Of a stretch of 32,000 nucleotides of DNA, positions 25,689 to 32,000 are shown one piece after another. Position 1 is the stretch's first letter. Each line of letters begins with the position of its first letter. A program made the position numbers and the translations under genes. The notes under the pieces were generated by a model that saw only the letters and a list, made by a program, of their open reading frames with translations, had not been told where the DNA came from and did not search any database. Source of the stretch: Nitrosopumilus maritimus SCM1 (lineage in GTDB: Archaea; Thermoproteota; Nitrososphaeria; Nitrososphaerales; Nitrosopumilaceae); contig NC_010085.1 of assembly GCF_000018465.1 (NCBI RefSeq), positions 1,020,001 to 1,052,000 on the forward strand. Reading direction: 5' to 3'.

Positions 25689-26150
25689 TTGAGTACTCCA
25701 ACTTCTAGTCATGCTTATGGTATTGGGTTAATTACATTGCTTGTTGGGTTGTCAGCATCTGTAGTCTTTTACACTTCATTTTATCTTCCCGAATCTTTAG
25801 CAAAACCGTCTGTCTCTGAGAATATATTGGAACCTGAAAAAGAATTAATCATAGAAATTGTTCCAGGAGCAGTAATAGAAGGAAATGAAAGCTATGTTCC
25901 AAACAAAGCAACTGCACTACTTACAATAAACAACAAAGTGATTTGGAAAAATAATGACGATACTGCACACACTGTAACTCCTGATCATAGATATACAGAT
26001 GGATTTAGCGGAGAATTTGGTTCTACAGGAGTTTTAAAGCCAGGTGATACGTACGAGTTCTTATTTACAGAAGAACAAGAAATACCATATCATTGCCAAC
26101 CACATCCTTGGATGAAAGGAAAAATTTCAGTGGAGAAAAGCAGATTCTAA
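25689..26150 (+). CDS. Membrane-anchored plastocyanin-like cupredoxin (TTG start)
   Basis: TM anchor; NDDTAHTVTPDHRY and FLFTEEQEIPYHCQPHPWMKGKISV type-1 copper ligands H...C-H-M. Confidence 0.92.
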   Translation: MSTPTSSHAYGIGLITLLVGLSASVVFYTSFYLPESLAKPSVSENILEPEKELIIEIVPGAVIEGNESYVPNKATALLTINNKVIWKNNDDTAHTVTPDHRYTDGFSGEFGSTGVLKPGDTYEFLFTEEQEIPYHCQPHPWMKGKISVEKSRF

Positions 26151-26153
26151 AAA

Positions 26154-26167
26154 CTGTCATTTGTAAA
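26154..26167 (+). promoter_or_regulatory. Degenerate site CTGTCATTTGTAAA upstream of DsbA 26241
   Basis: 9/12 match with intact right half-site; 9-bp spacer GTATAGAAA then ATAAGTATG. Confidence 0.45.
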
Positions 26168-26240
26168 GTATAGAAAATAAGTATGTTAATTTTTTATAAA
26201 AAATGTTGTTTTTTAGAATTTTAAAATCAGAGGCAGTCAA

Positions 26241-26906
26241 ATGAAAATACAATACTTTTCTCTAATAGTAATTGCTGCAGGAGTAATAACAGTAGGAGCC
26301 ATATTTTCAACAACATCAAATGATTCAGAATCAATTAATCTGGACATGAATAGAAAAATCGGTACTGTTGATACATCGCTTGGCTCTCCAATACTAGGAT
26401 CACCTAATGCTCCCATTACAATAATAGAATTCGGAGATTACCAGTGTTCAAATTGCAAAAAATGGTTTCTAGACACAAAGCCGGACATTATGACAAATTA
26501 CATAGATACAGGCAAAGTTAACCTGGTCTTTGTAGATATTGCATTCCTAGGAAAGGATTCAGGTCCCGCATCAGTTGCAACTTACTGTGCCGAGGAACAA
26601 GGCAAGTATTGGGAATATCACGGATTTTTGTATTCAAATCAAATGTCAATTGACAATGGCTGGGCTAATTCAGACAGTTTGAAAGGCTATGCAAACAATC
26701 TAGGACTAAATATGGAGATGTTTGTAAGCTGTCTTGATTCTGAGAAATATTCAAAACGTGTTCAATTCAACACAGATGAGTCAAAAAGAAACGGAGTCAC
26801 AGGTACGCCCACATTTTTCGTCATAGGACCTAACGGCGAACAAGAGAAAATAGCAGGGCCACAACCATACACGGTATTTGAAAAGACAATCGAGTCAATG
26901 ACATAA
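26241..26906 (+). CDS. DsbA-like extracytoplasmic oxidoreductase (CSNC active site)
   Basis: PNAPITIIEFGDYQCSNCKKWFLDTKPDI...ATYCAEEQGKYWEYHGFLY...GVTGTPTFFVIGPNGEQEKIAG. Confidence 0.93.
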   Translation: MKIQYFSLIVIAAGVITVGAIFSTTSNDSESINLDMNRKIGTVDTSLGSPILGSPNAPITIIEFGDYQCSNCKKWFLDTKPDIMTNYIDTGKVNLVFVDIAFLGKDSGPASVATYCAEEQGKYWEYHGFLYSNQMSIDNGWANSDSLKGYANNLGLNMEMFVSCLDSEKYSKRVQFNTDESKRNGVTGTPTFFVIGPNGEQEKIAGPQPYTVFEKTIESMT

Positions 26907-26942
26907 GGAAACAATTCTAACGACATGGTAAGGAATTGTTTT

Positions 26943-26956
26943 CTTACAATTGTAAA
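26943..26956 (+). promoter_or_regulatory. CTTACAATTGTAAA upstream of the ccdA-YHS-Trx operon
   Basis: 11/12 match; 9-bp spacer GCCTACTTG then TTAAGTATC. Confidence 0.85.
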
Positions 26957-26994
26957 GCCTACTTGTTAAGTATCAAAATTGAGTGTAGAGGAAC

Positions 26995-27993
26995 ATGTCA
27001 ACGGTGGTAATTGCAAAAAAATCAATGGTAATAATTTCATTTGCATTATTTTCATTAATCTTTCTTGGAATAATTTTTTCGCTTGGAACAAATTTTACAA
27101 TAGAAGGTAAAGAACACACAACATACCTCTCATGGATAGTAATTGCATATGTTGCAGGATTGTCCATGATTGTTCTTCCATGTACACTGCCACTGGTATT
27201 CATCATAGTTCCACTAAGTATGGGACAAGGGTACAAGAAAGGATTAGCCATGGCATTACTTTTTGGTCTAGGACTAGTCATTACAATTGCATCTTATGGA
27301 ATTGCAATTGCAGGAATTGGGCAAAGTGCATCACTAGACCAAGCATCAACTATCATGTTCTTAATTGCAGGAATTGCGGCATTTGTCTTTGGATTATCAC
27401 AACTAAAAATTATTTCATTAAAGCTACCATCGTATTCAGGAACTCCAAAGTTTATCCAGAACAGAGGAGAATATACAAAATCATTTTTCATGGGATTACT
27501 ATTAGGAAATGCAGGAGTTGGATGCCCCAATCCGTTGTTTTACTGGCTACTAATCTACATTGCAGGAACAGGCAGTATCGAAGTCGGAGCTTCATTAGGA
27601 GTAGTTCACGGAGTTGGAAGGGCAATTCCCCTAATTTTGATGTCAGTTCTTGCAGTAATTGGAATCAATGCAACAAAGAGTTTGACTCTAAAACGAGAAT
27701 CAATTGAGCGAGCATCAGGATGGATGCTAATAGTGATTGGGGCATTTTTGATAATCAACGGACTGCCAGAGGGACACGAATGGTACGAAGAACTATTCAT
27801 CCATCAAGGATGGAATCAACTCGTTGAGATGACAGGAATACCAGCAGAATTTGAGATGGACGAACATACACATGACCACGGACATGTAGAAGGAAGAGAT
27901 TTCAAAGTATTTTACACAGCTTTGTTAGCGGTATTGGTATTGAGTCCGTTGTTCATACGTTCAGTTAGAAAAATCAGGGAGGTGAATGCATGA
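26995..27993 (+). CDS. CcdA/DsbD-type transmembrane thiol electron transporter
   Basis: Multi-TM; MIVLPCTLPLVFIIVPLSMGQG, GLMGLLLGNAGVGCPNPLFYWLLIYIAGTG: paired Cys-Pro motifs of CcdA/DsbD. Confidence 0.9.
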   Translation: MSTVVIAKKSMVIISFALFSLIFLGIIFSLGTNFTIEGKEHTTYLSWIVIAYVAGLSMIVLPCTLPLVFIIVPLSMGQGYKKGLAMALLFGLGLVITIASYGIAIAGIGQSASLDQASTIMFLIAGIAAFVFGLSQLKIISLKLPSYSGTPKFIQNRGEYTKSFFMGLLLGNAGVGCPNPLFYWLLIYIAGTGSIEVGASLGVVHGVGRAIPLILMSVLAVIGINATKSLTLKRESIERASGWMLIVIGAFLIINGLPEGHEWYEELFIHQGWNQLVEMTGIPAEFEMDEHTHDHGHVEGRDFKVFYTALLAVLVLSPLFIRSVRKIREVNA

Positions 27994-28130
27994 AAGATCC
28001 TGTATGTGGAATGGAGATTGAAGAAAAAGGAGAAGTTTTTTCTTACAATGGAAAAGATTATCGTTTTTGTTGTGCCAGCTGTAAATGGGCATTTGAAAAT
28101 AATCCAGAGCAATTTGAAAATGAATCATAA
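27990..28130 (+). CDS. Standalone YHS/TRASH-type metal-binding domain protein (absent from ORF track)
   Basis: Hand translation MKDPVCGMEIEEKGEVFSYNGKDYRFCCASCKWAFENNPEQFENES* (46 aa); overlaps ccdA stop by 4 bp. Confidence 0.92.
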   Translation: MKDPVCGMEIEEKGEVFSYNGKDYRFCCASCKWAFENNPEQFENES

Positions 28131-28350
28131 GATAGAAATTCTAACAACGCCATCTTGTGGAAATTGCAAAGTGGTAGAGGCAATGCTAGATGAAATGAAT
28201 ATAAAATACACAGTAATTGACGTCACAGAAAAACCAGAATACTTGGAAAAGTATCCAATATTTACTGCACCCGGAGTTGTAATTGACGACAAGCTTGTAT
28301 TTACAGGAATTCCAAAAAAACACGAATTACTTGAAAAACTATCTGCATAG
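28120..28350 (+). CDS. Small thioredoxin/glutaredoxin-like protein (internal ATG of the longer 28006..28350 ORF)
   Basis: MNHKIEILTTPSCGNCKVVEAMLDEMNIKYTVIDVTEKPEYLEKYPIFTAPGVVIDDKLVFTGIPKKHELLEKLSA; starts inside the YHS gene (11-bp overlap). Confidence 0.9.
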   Translation: MNHKIEILTTPSCGNCKVVEAMLDEMNIKYTVIDVTEKPEYLEKYPIFTAPGVVIDDKLVFTGIPKKHELLEKLSA

Positions 28351-28392
28351 TTTTATTATTGCAGATATCTTTTTGACTTTGTAAAAAGTCAA
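28341..28392 (+). terminator. Two consecutive hairpins after the ccdA-YHS-Trx operon
   Basis: ATCTGCA...TGCAGAT (28341-28347/28360-28366) and TTGACTTT-gtaa-AAAGTCAA (28373-28392). Confidence 0.35.
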
Positions 28393-28464
28393 GGTGTCAA
28401 CAGTTACAATGCCAAAATTAACAGTTTTGATTATTGATTAAAATAAAATGCTTTAACTCCACAA

Positions 28465-29598
28465 TTATGATCCAGGCCTTGGTTCAAGAGTAAGAACGAC
28501 ATTAATTGCCTTACCATCTCTAATGATTCCCAAATCTAGTGTGTCGCCAACATTTTTCTCACGTTGCAAATGTGTTAAAAGATCATCAATTTTTCTTACT
28601 TCCTTTCCATCAATGGATAAAATAATATCTCCACCTATAGTATACTCAATTTCATCATACACTGCAGTTTCAGATGAGCCTCTAAGGCCTGCTTTATTGG
28701 CAGGACTGTCTTTTACAACTGTCATAACTAAAACACCTTTTGCATCTTCGAGATTCAATAGTTCTGCAAGATCAGGGGTAATGTTTGCACTAGAAATTCC
28801 AACCCAAGGATGATGAAATTCCCCATCCGTAATCAAAACAGGGACAATTTTTAAAATAACATTTGATGGAATTGAAAATCCAACACCTGAAAAGCTACCA
28901 TCACTTGAATAAATTGCAGTGTTTACCCCAACTACTTCGCCTTTCATATTCAATAGTGGTCCTCCCGAATTTCCTGGATTGATTGCAGTATCTGTCTGGA
29001 TTACATCAGGAATGGAAAATCCAACACCTGTAGGCAACAATCGTCCTAATTGACTCACAATTCCAGAAGTCATAGAGCCTGACAATCCAAAGGGATTACC
29101 TATTGCAGTTATTTGCTCTCCTACTTTGAGATTAGAGGAATCACCTATTGGTAGAGGGTAAAGTTTTTCAGAATTTACATCAATTTTGAGTACTGCGATA
29201 TCTGCATAAGGATCAGTTCCTACAACTTTTGCACGATAAGATGTTCCGTCAGTAAAAGTTACATCAATTTTCTTACTATCCCTTACCACATGATTGTTTG
29301 TTATGATGTGACCCTCCTTGTCAAAAATAAATCCAGAGCCAACACCACTAGCATCTCCATGAGGGGATGTTTTTGTAACTGCAATACTTACTACACCAAA
29401 TTCTGAGCGTTCAAATATTTCAACAAGTGAAAGGTCAGAAGAGGATTCAACATTAGATTGAAGATTCTCAGAGGAGTAGGAATTGTCTTGTGCAAGTACA
29501 GGTGACAGAAACGCAACAGACAGCCCCAACATCAAAACAACGCTAAAGACTACTCCTCCAAGCAAAATTTTTGAATTATTTCTAAACAAGCAATGCAC
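28465..29598 (-). CDS. HtrA/DegP-family serine protease with PDZ domain, secreted or membrane-anchored
   Basis: GSGFIFDKEGHIITNNHVV, DPYADIAVLKID, TDTAINPGNSGGPLLNMKGEVVGVNTAI catalytic H/D/S and PDZ SPANKAGLRGS. Confidence 0.97.
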   Translation of the reverse strand: MHCLFRNNSKILLGGVVFSVVLMLGLSVAFLSPVLAQDNSYSSENLQSNVESSSDLSLVEIFERSEFGVVSIAVTKTSPHGDASGVGSGFIFDKEGHIITNNHVVRDSKKIDVTFTDGTSYRAKVVGTDPYADIAVLKIDVNSEKLYPLPIGDSSNLKVGEQITAIGNPFGLSGSMTSGIVSQLGRLLPTGVGFSIPDVIQTDTAINPGNSGGPLLNMKGEVVGVNTAIYSSDGSFSGVGFSIPSNVILKIVPVLITDGEFHHPWVGISSANITPDLAELLNLEDAKGVLVMTVVKDSPANKAGLRGSSETAVYDEIEYTIGGDIILSIDGKEVRKIDDLLTHLQREKNVGDTLDLGIIRDGKAINVVLTLEPRPGS

Positions 29599-29643
29599 CT
29601 AATACAAAAAAAAGATAGATTATGGGATAAATAACAATAGTAT

Positions 29644-29657
29644 TTTACAATTGTAAA
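29644..29657 (-). promoter_or_regulatory. TTTACAATTGTAAA upstream of htrA-like gene
   Basis: Full match; 9-bp spacer ATACTATTG then TTATTTATC. Confidence 0.85.
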
Positions 29658-29658
29658 A

Positions 29659-30102
29659 TTAATTTTCTTCTCTTGCTTTTTCTATGAGAGATTGAATACG
29701 TCCATTGTTTTTTTCTTTGTATTGAGTTTTGCAGGTGTTGCAACAAAAAAATCTCTCAAAATTTGCAAATTTGTAAACATGAGGTTTTTGTCCAACAGGA
29801 CCCTCACAGAAATCACATTTGAGTTTTACAGACATTCCAGATTCTAAAGAAACATCATGATGACCATCAGAATGACAACTGCACGTTTCAATTTTTTCTT
29901 TGTGGTCGCTATCAAGATTTGATGAATCAATAATAGGAGAAATGGATTTTATTAAACCAATATTAACCAGTCTTTGATATCTTGCCTGAATTGTAGGAGT
30001 ACTAATGTCCAGTTCACGTGAGATTTGTCTAAAGGACTTTCTTCCATCTTCCTGCAAAGACTGGATTATTCCAATATCTACTTCATCTAATTCATGAGGC
30101 AT
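29659..30102 (-). CDS. Lrp/AsnC-type HTH regulator fused to C-terminal TRASH metal-sensing domain (CopR/CopT-like)
   Basis: N-terminal MPHELDEVDIGIIQSLQEDGRKSFRQISRELDISTPTIQARYQRLVNIGLIKS; C-terminal KLKCDFCEGPVGQKPHVYKFANFERFFCCNTCKTQYKEKN. Confidence 0.92.
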   Translation of the reverse strand: MPHELDEVDIGIIQSLQEDGRKSFRQISRELDISTPTIQARYQRLVNIGLIKSISPIIDSSNLDSDHKEKIETCSCHSDGHHDVSLESGMSVKLKCDFCEGPVGQKPHVYKFANFERFFCCNTCKTQYKEKNNGRIQSLIEKAREEN

Positions 30103-30140
30103 GGATTATCATACAATCTTTCCATATTTATGAACCAAAC

Positions 30141-30154
30141 TTTACAATTGTAAA
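30141..30154 (-). promoter_or_regulatory. TTTACAATTGTAAA upstream of the Lrp-TRASH regulator
   Basis: Full match; 9-bp spacer GTTTGGTTC then ATAAATATG. Confidence 0.85.
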
Positions 30155-30212
30155 ATTACAAAAATGCTAGTTATTGGCTAGAGATGAGTATTATCTATGA
30201 AATCTTACTTCA

Positions 30213-31010
30213 TTACCTGTTTAATTGCCCGTCAATGACTCTCTGAAATGTAGAGTATGGCTGAGCCCCAGATATAGGAGTAAATCCGATATCTGCATTT
30301 CCTACAAAGAATCCAGGAGTTCCAGAGACACCATACGTGCGCCCATCATTGAGATCATTTTGAACCTCCTCAATGTATTTTCCTGAATCCAAACAAGAAT
30401 CAAACTCGATAGAATCAAGACCCAGTTCTGATGCATATTGCTTGTAAAGTGTAACAGATTGAGCAACAGGCAGGTCTTTCCAAATTTGTTGGTCTTCAAA
30501 AATCATGTCATGCATCTCCCAGAACTTTCCTTGATCATCAGCGCATTCAGATGCCAGTGCTGCAGGAACAGCATTTGGATGAATGTTTTGAATTGGGAAA
30601 TCTCTGTAAACAAAGTTCACTTTTCCTGTTTGGATATAGTTTTGCTCTATTAGTGGAAGTGTTGTCTCATGAAATTTTGCGCAAAATGGGCACTGGAAAT
30701 CAGAGAATTCAACTATGGTAATTGATGCGTTTGGATTTCCCTTCATAGGATCATCATCAAAAGAGATGTTTCTAATAATCTGAGGCCCAAATTGTTGTTG
30801 AGAAGCAGTACTTGGTTGCAGGTTTGGAACAGATTCCCTTATGACAACTTCTTTTGGCTCAGCAGTCTCTCCACCAATTACATAACCTCCCAAAAATGCA
30901 GAAACGATAGATACTGCAACAATTGCCACAATTAGCCGATTAAATGTGGATTTGCTTACAGAGATTTCTTTGTCTGGTTTTTGATCCTCAATGAATTCAA
31001 AATCTTCCAC
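30213..31010 (-). CDS. DsbA-family disulfide oxidoreductase (CPFC active site), membrane-anchored
   Basis: NPNASITIVEFSDFQCPFCAKFHETTLPLIEQNYIQTGKVNFVYRDFPI...YGVSGTPGFFVGN. Confidence 0.96.
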   Translation of the reverse strand: MEDFEFIEDQKPDKEISVSKSTFNRLIVAIVAVSIVSAFLGGYVIGGETAEPKEVVIRESVPNLQPSTASQQQFGPQIIRNISFDDDPMKGNPNASITIVEFSDFQCPFCAKFHETTLPLIEQNYIQTGKVNFVYRDFPIQNIHPNAVPAALASECADDQGKFWEMHDMIFEDQQIWKDLPVAQSVTLYKQYASELGLDSIEFDSCLDSGKYIEEVQNDLNDGRTYGVSGTPGFFVGNADIGFTPISGAQPYSTFQRVIDGQLNR

Positions 31011-31047
31011 ACAACATGTAATTTCTCAAGAAATATAATAACAGGTC

Positions 31048-31061
31048 TTTACAATTGTAAG
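31048..31061 (-). promoter_or_regulatory. TTTACAATTGTAAG upstream of DsbA 31010(-)
   Basis: 11/12 match; 9-bp spacer GACCTGTTA then TTATATTTC. Confidence 0.85.
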
Positions 31062-31124
31062 GAATATCAGAATTTTAAAAAAAATAACACATATCAAGAA
31101 ATGTACAGAATAAATCAGATAATT

Positions 31125-31814
31125 CTAATTTTTGGCCCAACCACGCTGAATTAGCTTTTCCGCAGTATTGGAACTAACACAAGCAGGACTGTTATCTGTA
31201 GTTTTGAGTACCAATTGCAAATTTTCTTTGCATAAAATGTCATCAGGTAAAATACCACTTGCAACTTGTTTTAGGGGCGCCAGGTCTGAAGCAGGAGGAT
31301 CTACGTTAACATCTGATTCCAAATTATCGTTTTCCAATTTTTCTATGATTTGTACTACTAGAAATTCATAAACTAATGTTTCCACATCATTTGTGATTAA
31401 AACAAGTTTGTATTTTCCAGGAAGCTCATTAAAGAAGAATGTTTGAGGAAGTTGCCATTCACTGTGTGAAGTTGAAGGAGCTATACCTGTTTCTTTGGTA
31501 GTTGTCTTCCAGAGAACGCTGTCCCTGTATACGTTGATCATATCAGGGATTGTTCCATTCCCACCTATTCCATAAAAAGTTCCCAGATCAACAACAGGTA
31601 ATTTGGTATCAGGATCCTCAAAAATTCCAACAGAGCTGTCCACTACACTAAATATGCTCACGGATTGAGGTACAAATGTTTCATCACACAGTATGTTTTT
31701 TGTATTATTCATATTGATGCATTCATCATGTGCTGGCGAATCATCTGCAAATGATTTTTCAACATCAATTGTTAAAAGAAAAATTAGTGGAAGAATTATC
31801 CAAATTAGTTTCAT
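31125..31814 (-). CDS. Secreted hypothetical protein with C-terminal two-cysteine domain
   Basis: Signal peptide MKLIWIILPLIFLLTIDVEKSFA; C-terminus PLKQVASGILPDDILCKENLQLVLKTTDNSPACVSSNTAEKLIQRGWAKN. Confidence 0.75.
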   Translation of the reverse strand: MKLIWIILPLIFLLTIDVEKSFADDSPAHDECINMNNTKNILCDETFVPQSVSIFSVVDSSVGIFEDPDTKLPVVDLGTFYGIGGNGTIPDMINVYRDSVLWKTTTKETGIAPSTSHSEWQLPQTFFFNELPGKYKLVLITNDVETLVYEFLVVQIIEKLENDNLESDVNVDPPASDLAPLKQVASGILPDDILCKENLQLVLKTTDNSPACVSSNTAEKLIQRGWAKN

Positions 31815-31871
31815 TGTAGATATGAAATTAAAATCATAAATAAATCTAATTGAAAAATTGGTAGTATCGTC

Positions 31872-31885
31872 ATTACAATTGTAAA
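31872..31885 (-). promoter_or_regulatory. ATTACAATTGTAAA upstream of 31814(-)
   Basis: 11/12 match. Confidence 0.7.
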
Positions 31886-31900
31886 ATTAATTTTTTTCAT

Positions 31901-31914
31901 TTTACAGTTGTAAA
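31901..31914 (+). promoter_or_regulatory. TTTACAGTTGTAAA upstream of truncated CDS 31956(+)
   Basis: Full match; 41 bp upstream of the ATG. Confidence 0.7.
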
Positions 31915-31955
31915 TATACAAAGTAATAACTGATAAAAATAATTTTCAAAACAAA

Positions 31956-32000
31956 ATGAACAAGGATGTTTTTGTGTTAGCAGGAATTTTAATTAGTGTT
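31956..32000 (+). CDS. Start of a CDS truncated by the window end (N-terminal hydrophobic helix)
   Basis: atgaacaaggatgtttttgtgttagcaggaattttaattagtgtt = MNKDVFVLAGILISV...; 41 bp downstream of a full palindrome. Confidence 0.5.
   Translation, partial: MNKDVFVLAGILISV

Noticed and set aside
28006-28119. N-terminal extension of the thioredoxin-like ORF (MEWRLKKKEKFFLTMEKIIVFVV...)
   Set aside because: It is the alternate frame of the YHS gene; the Trx-like domain starts cleanly at ATG 28120.
9732-31914. Spaced TTTACANNTGTAAA copies considered as a mobile-element or CRISPR-type repeat family
   Set aside because: Only about 14 bp is conserved, spacing is kilobase-scale, and copies are tied to promoters rather than bounded elements.
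1-32000. Defence system, integrase, transposase, prophage or CRISPR
   Set aside because: No recognisable recombinase, phage, toxin-antitoxin or Cas motifs in any ORF; the accessory content is metal/redox genes.

Overview
The window looks like chromosome from an ammonia-oxidizing thaumarchaeon (Nitrosopumilus-like). This rests on gene content, AT-richness and protein style; no database search was run. The left third (about 1-9.6 kb) is housekeeping: folD (partial), 5-formyl-THF cyclo-ligase, purD, ileS, a Dps-like ferritin, sucC/sucD, rpl40e, and a tRNA-Val(CAC) with an apparent insertion in its variable region. The remainder (about 9.7-32 kb) is a dense copper / extracytoplasmic thiol-redox region. 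It holds two multicopper oxidases, two cupredoxins, a ZIP transporter, a Zn/Mn-binding ABC lipoprotein-like SBP, a DtxR/MntR regulator, a Met-rich protein, three DsbA-like proteins, a CcdA-YHS-thioredoxin operon, a ferric-reductase/MsrQ-like membrane protein, HtrA, and an Lrp/AsnC regulator with a C-terminal TRASH metal-binding motif. The main discovery is a palindrome, TTTACA-NN-TGTAAA, seen about 20 times in this region (13 copies fully matching) and not noticed in the main intergenic gaps of the housekeeping part. In at least 11 sites it sits exactly 9 bp upstream of a TATA-like element (typically TTAAGTATC / TTAAATATC) facing a gene. This suggests one shared regulon that includes the TRASH regulator's own promoter. 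One such promoter (25583-25614, minus strand) faces no annotated gene. Instead it faces a 15-bp inverted repeat followed by a T-run, a strong candidate for an undescribed small RNA (or a 21-codon leader ORF). A separate 26-bp perfect palindrome resembling a DtxR/IdeR box precedes the multicopper oxidase-ZIP operon. Two short CDSs missing from the ORF track (YHS protein, 44-aa zinc-finger-like) and a likely wrong start codon for the CFI-box cupredoxin are also reported.
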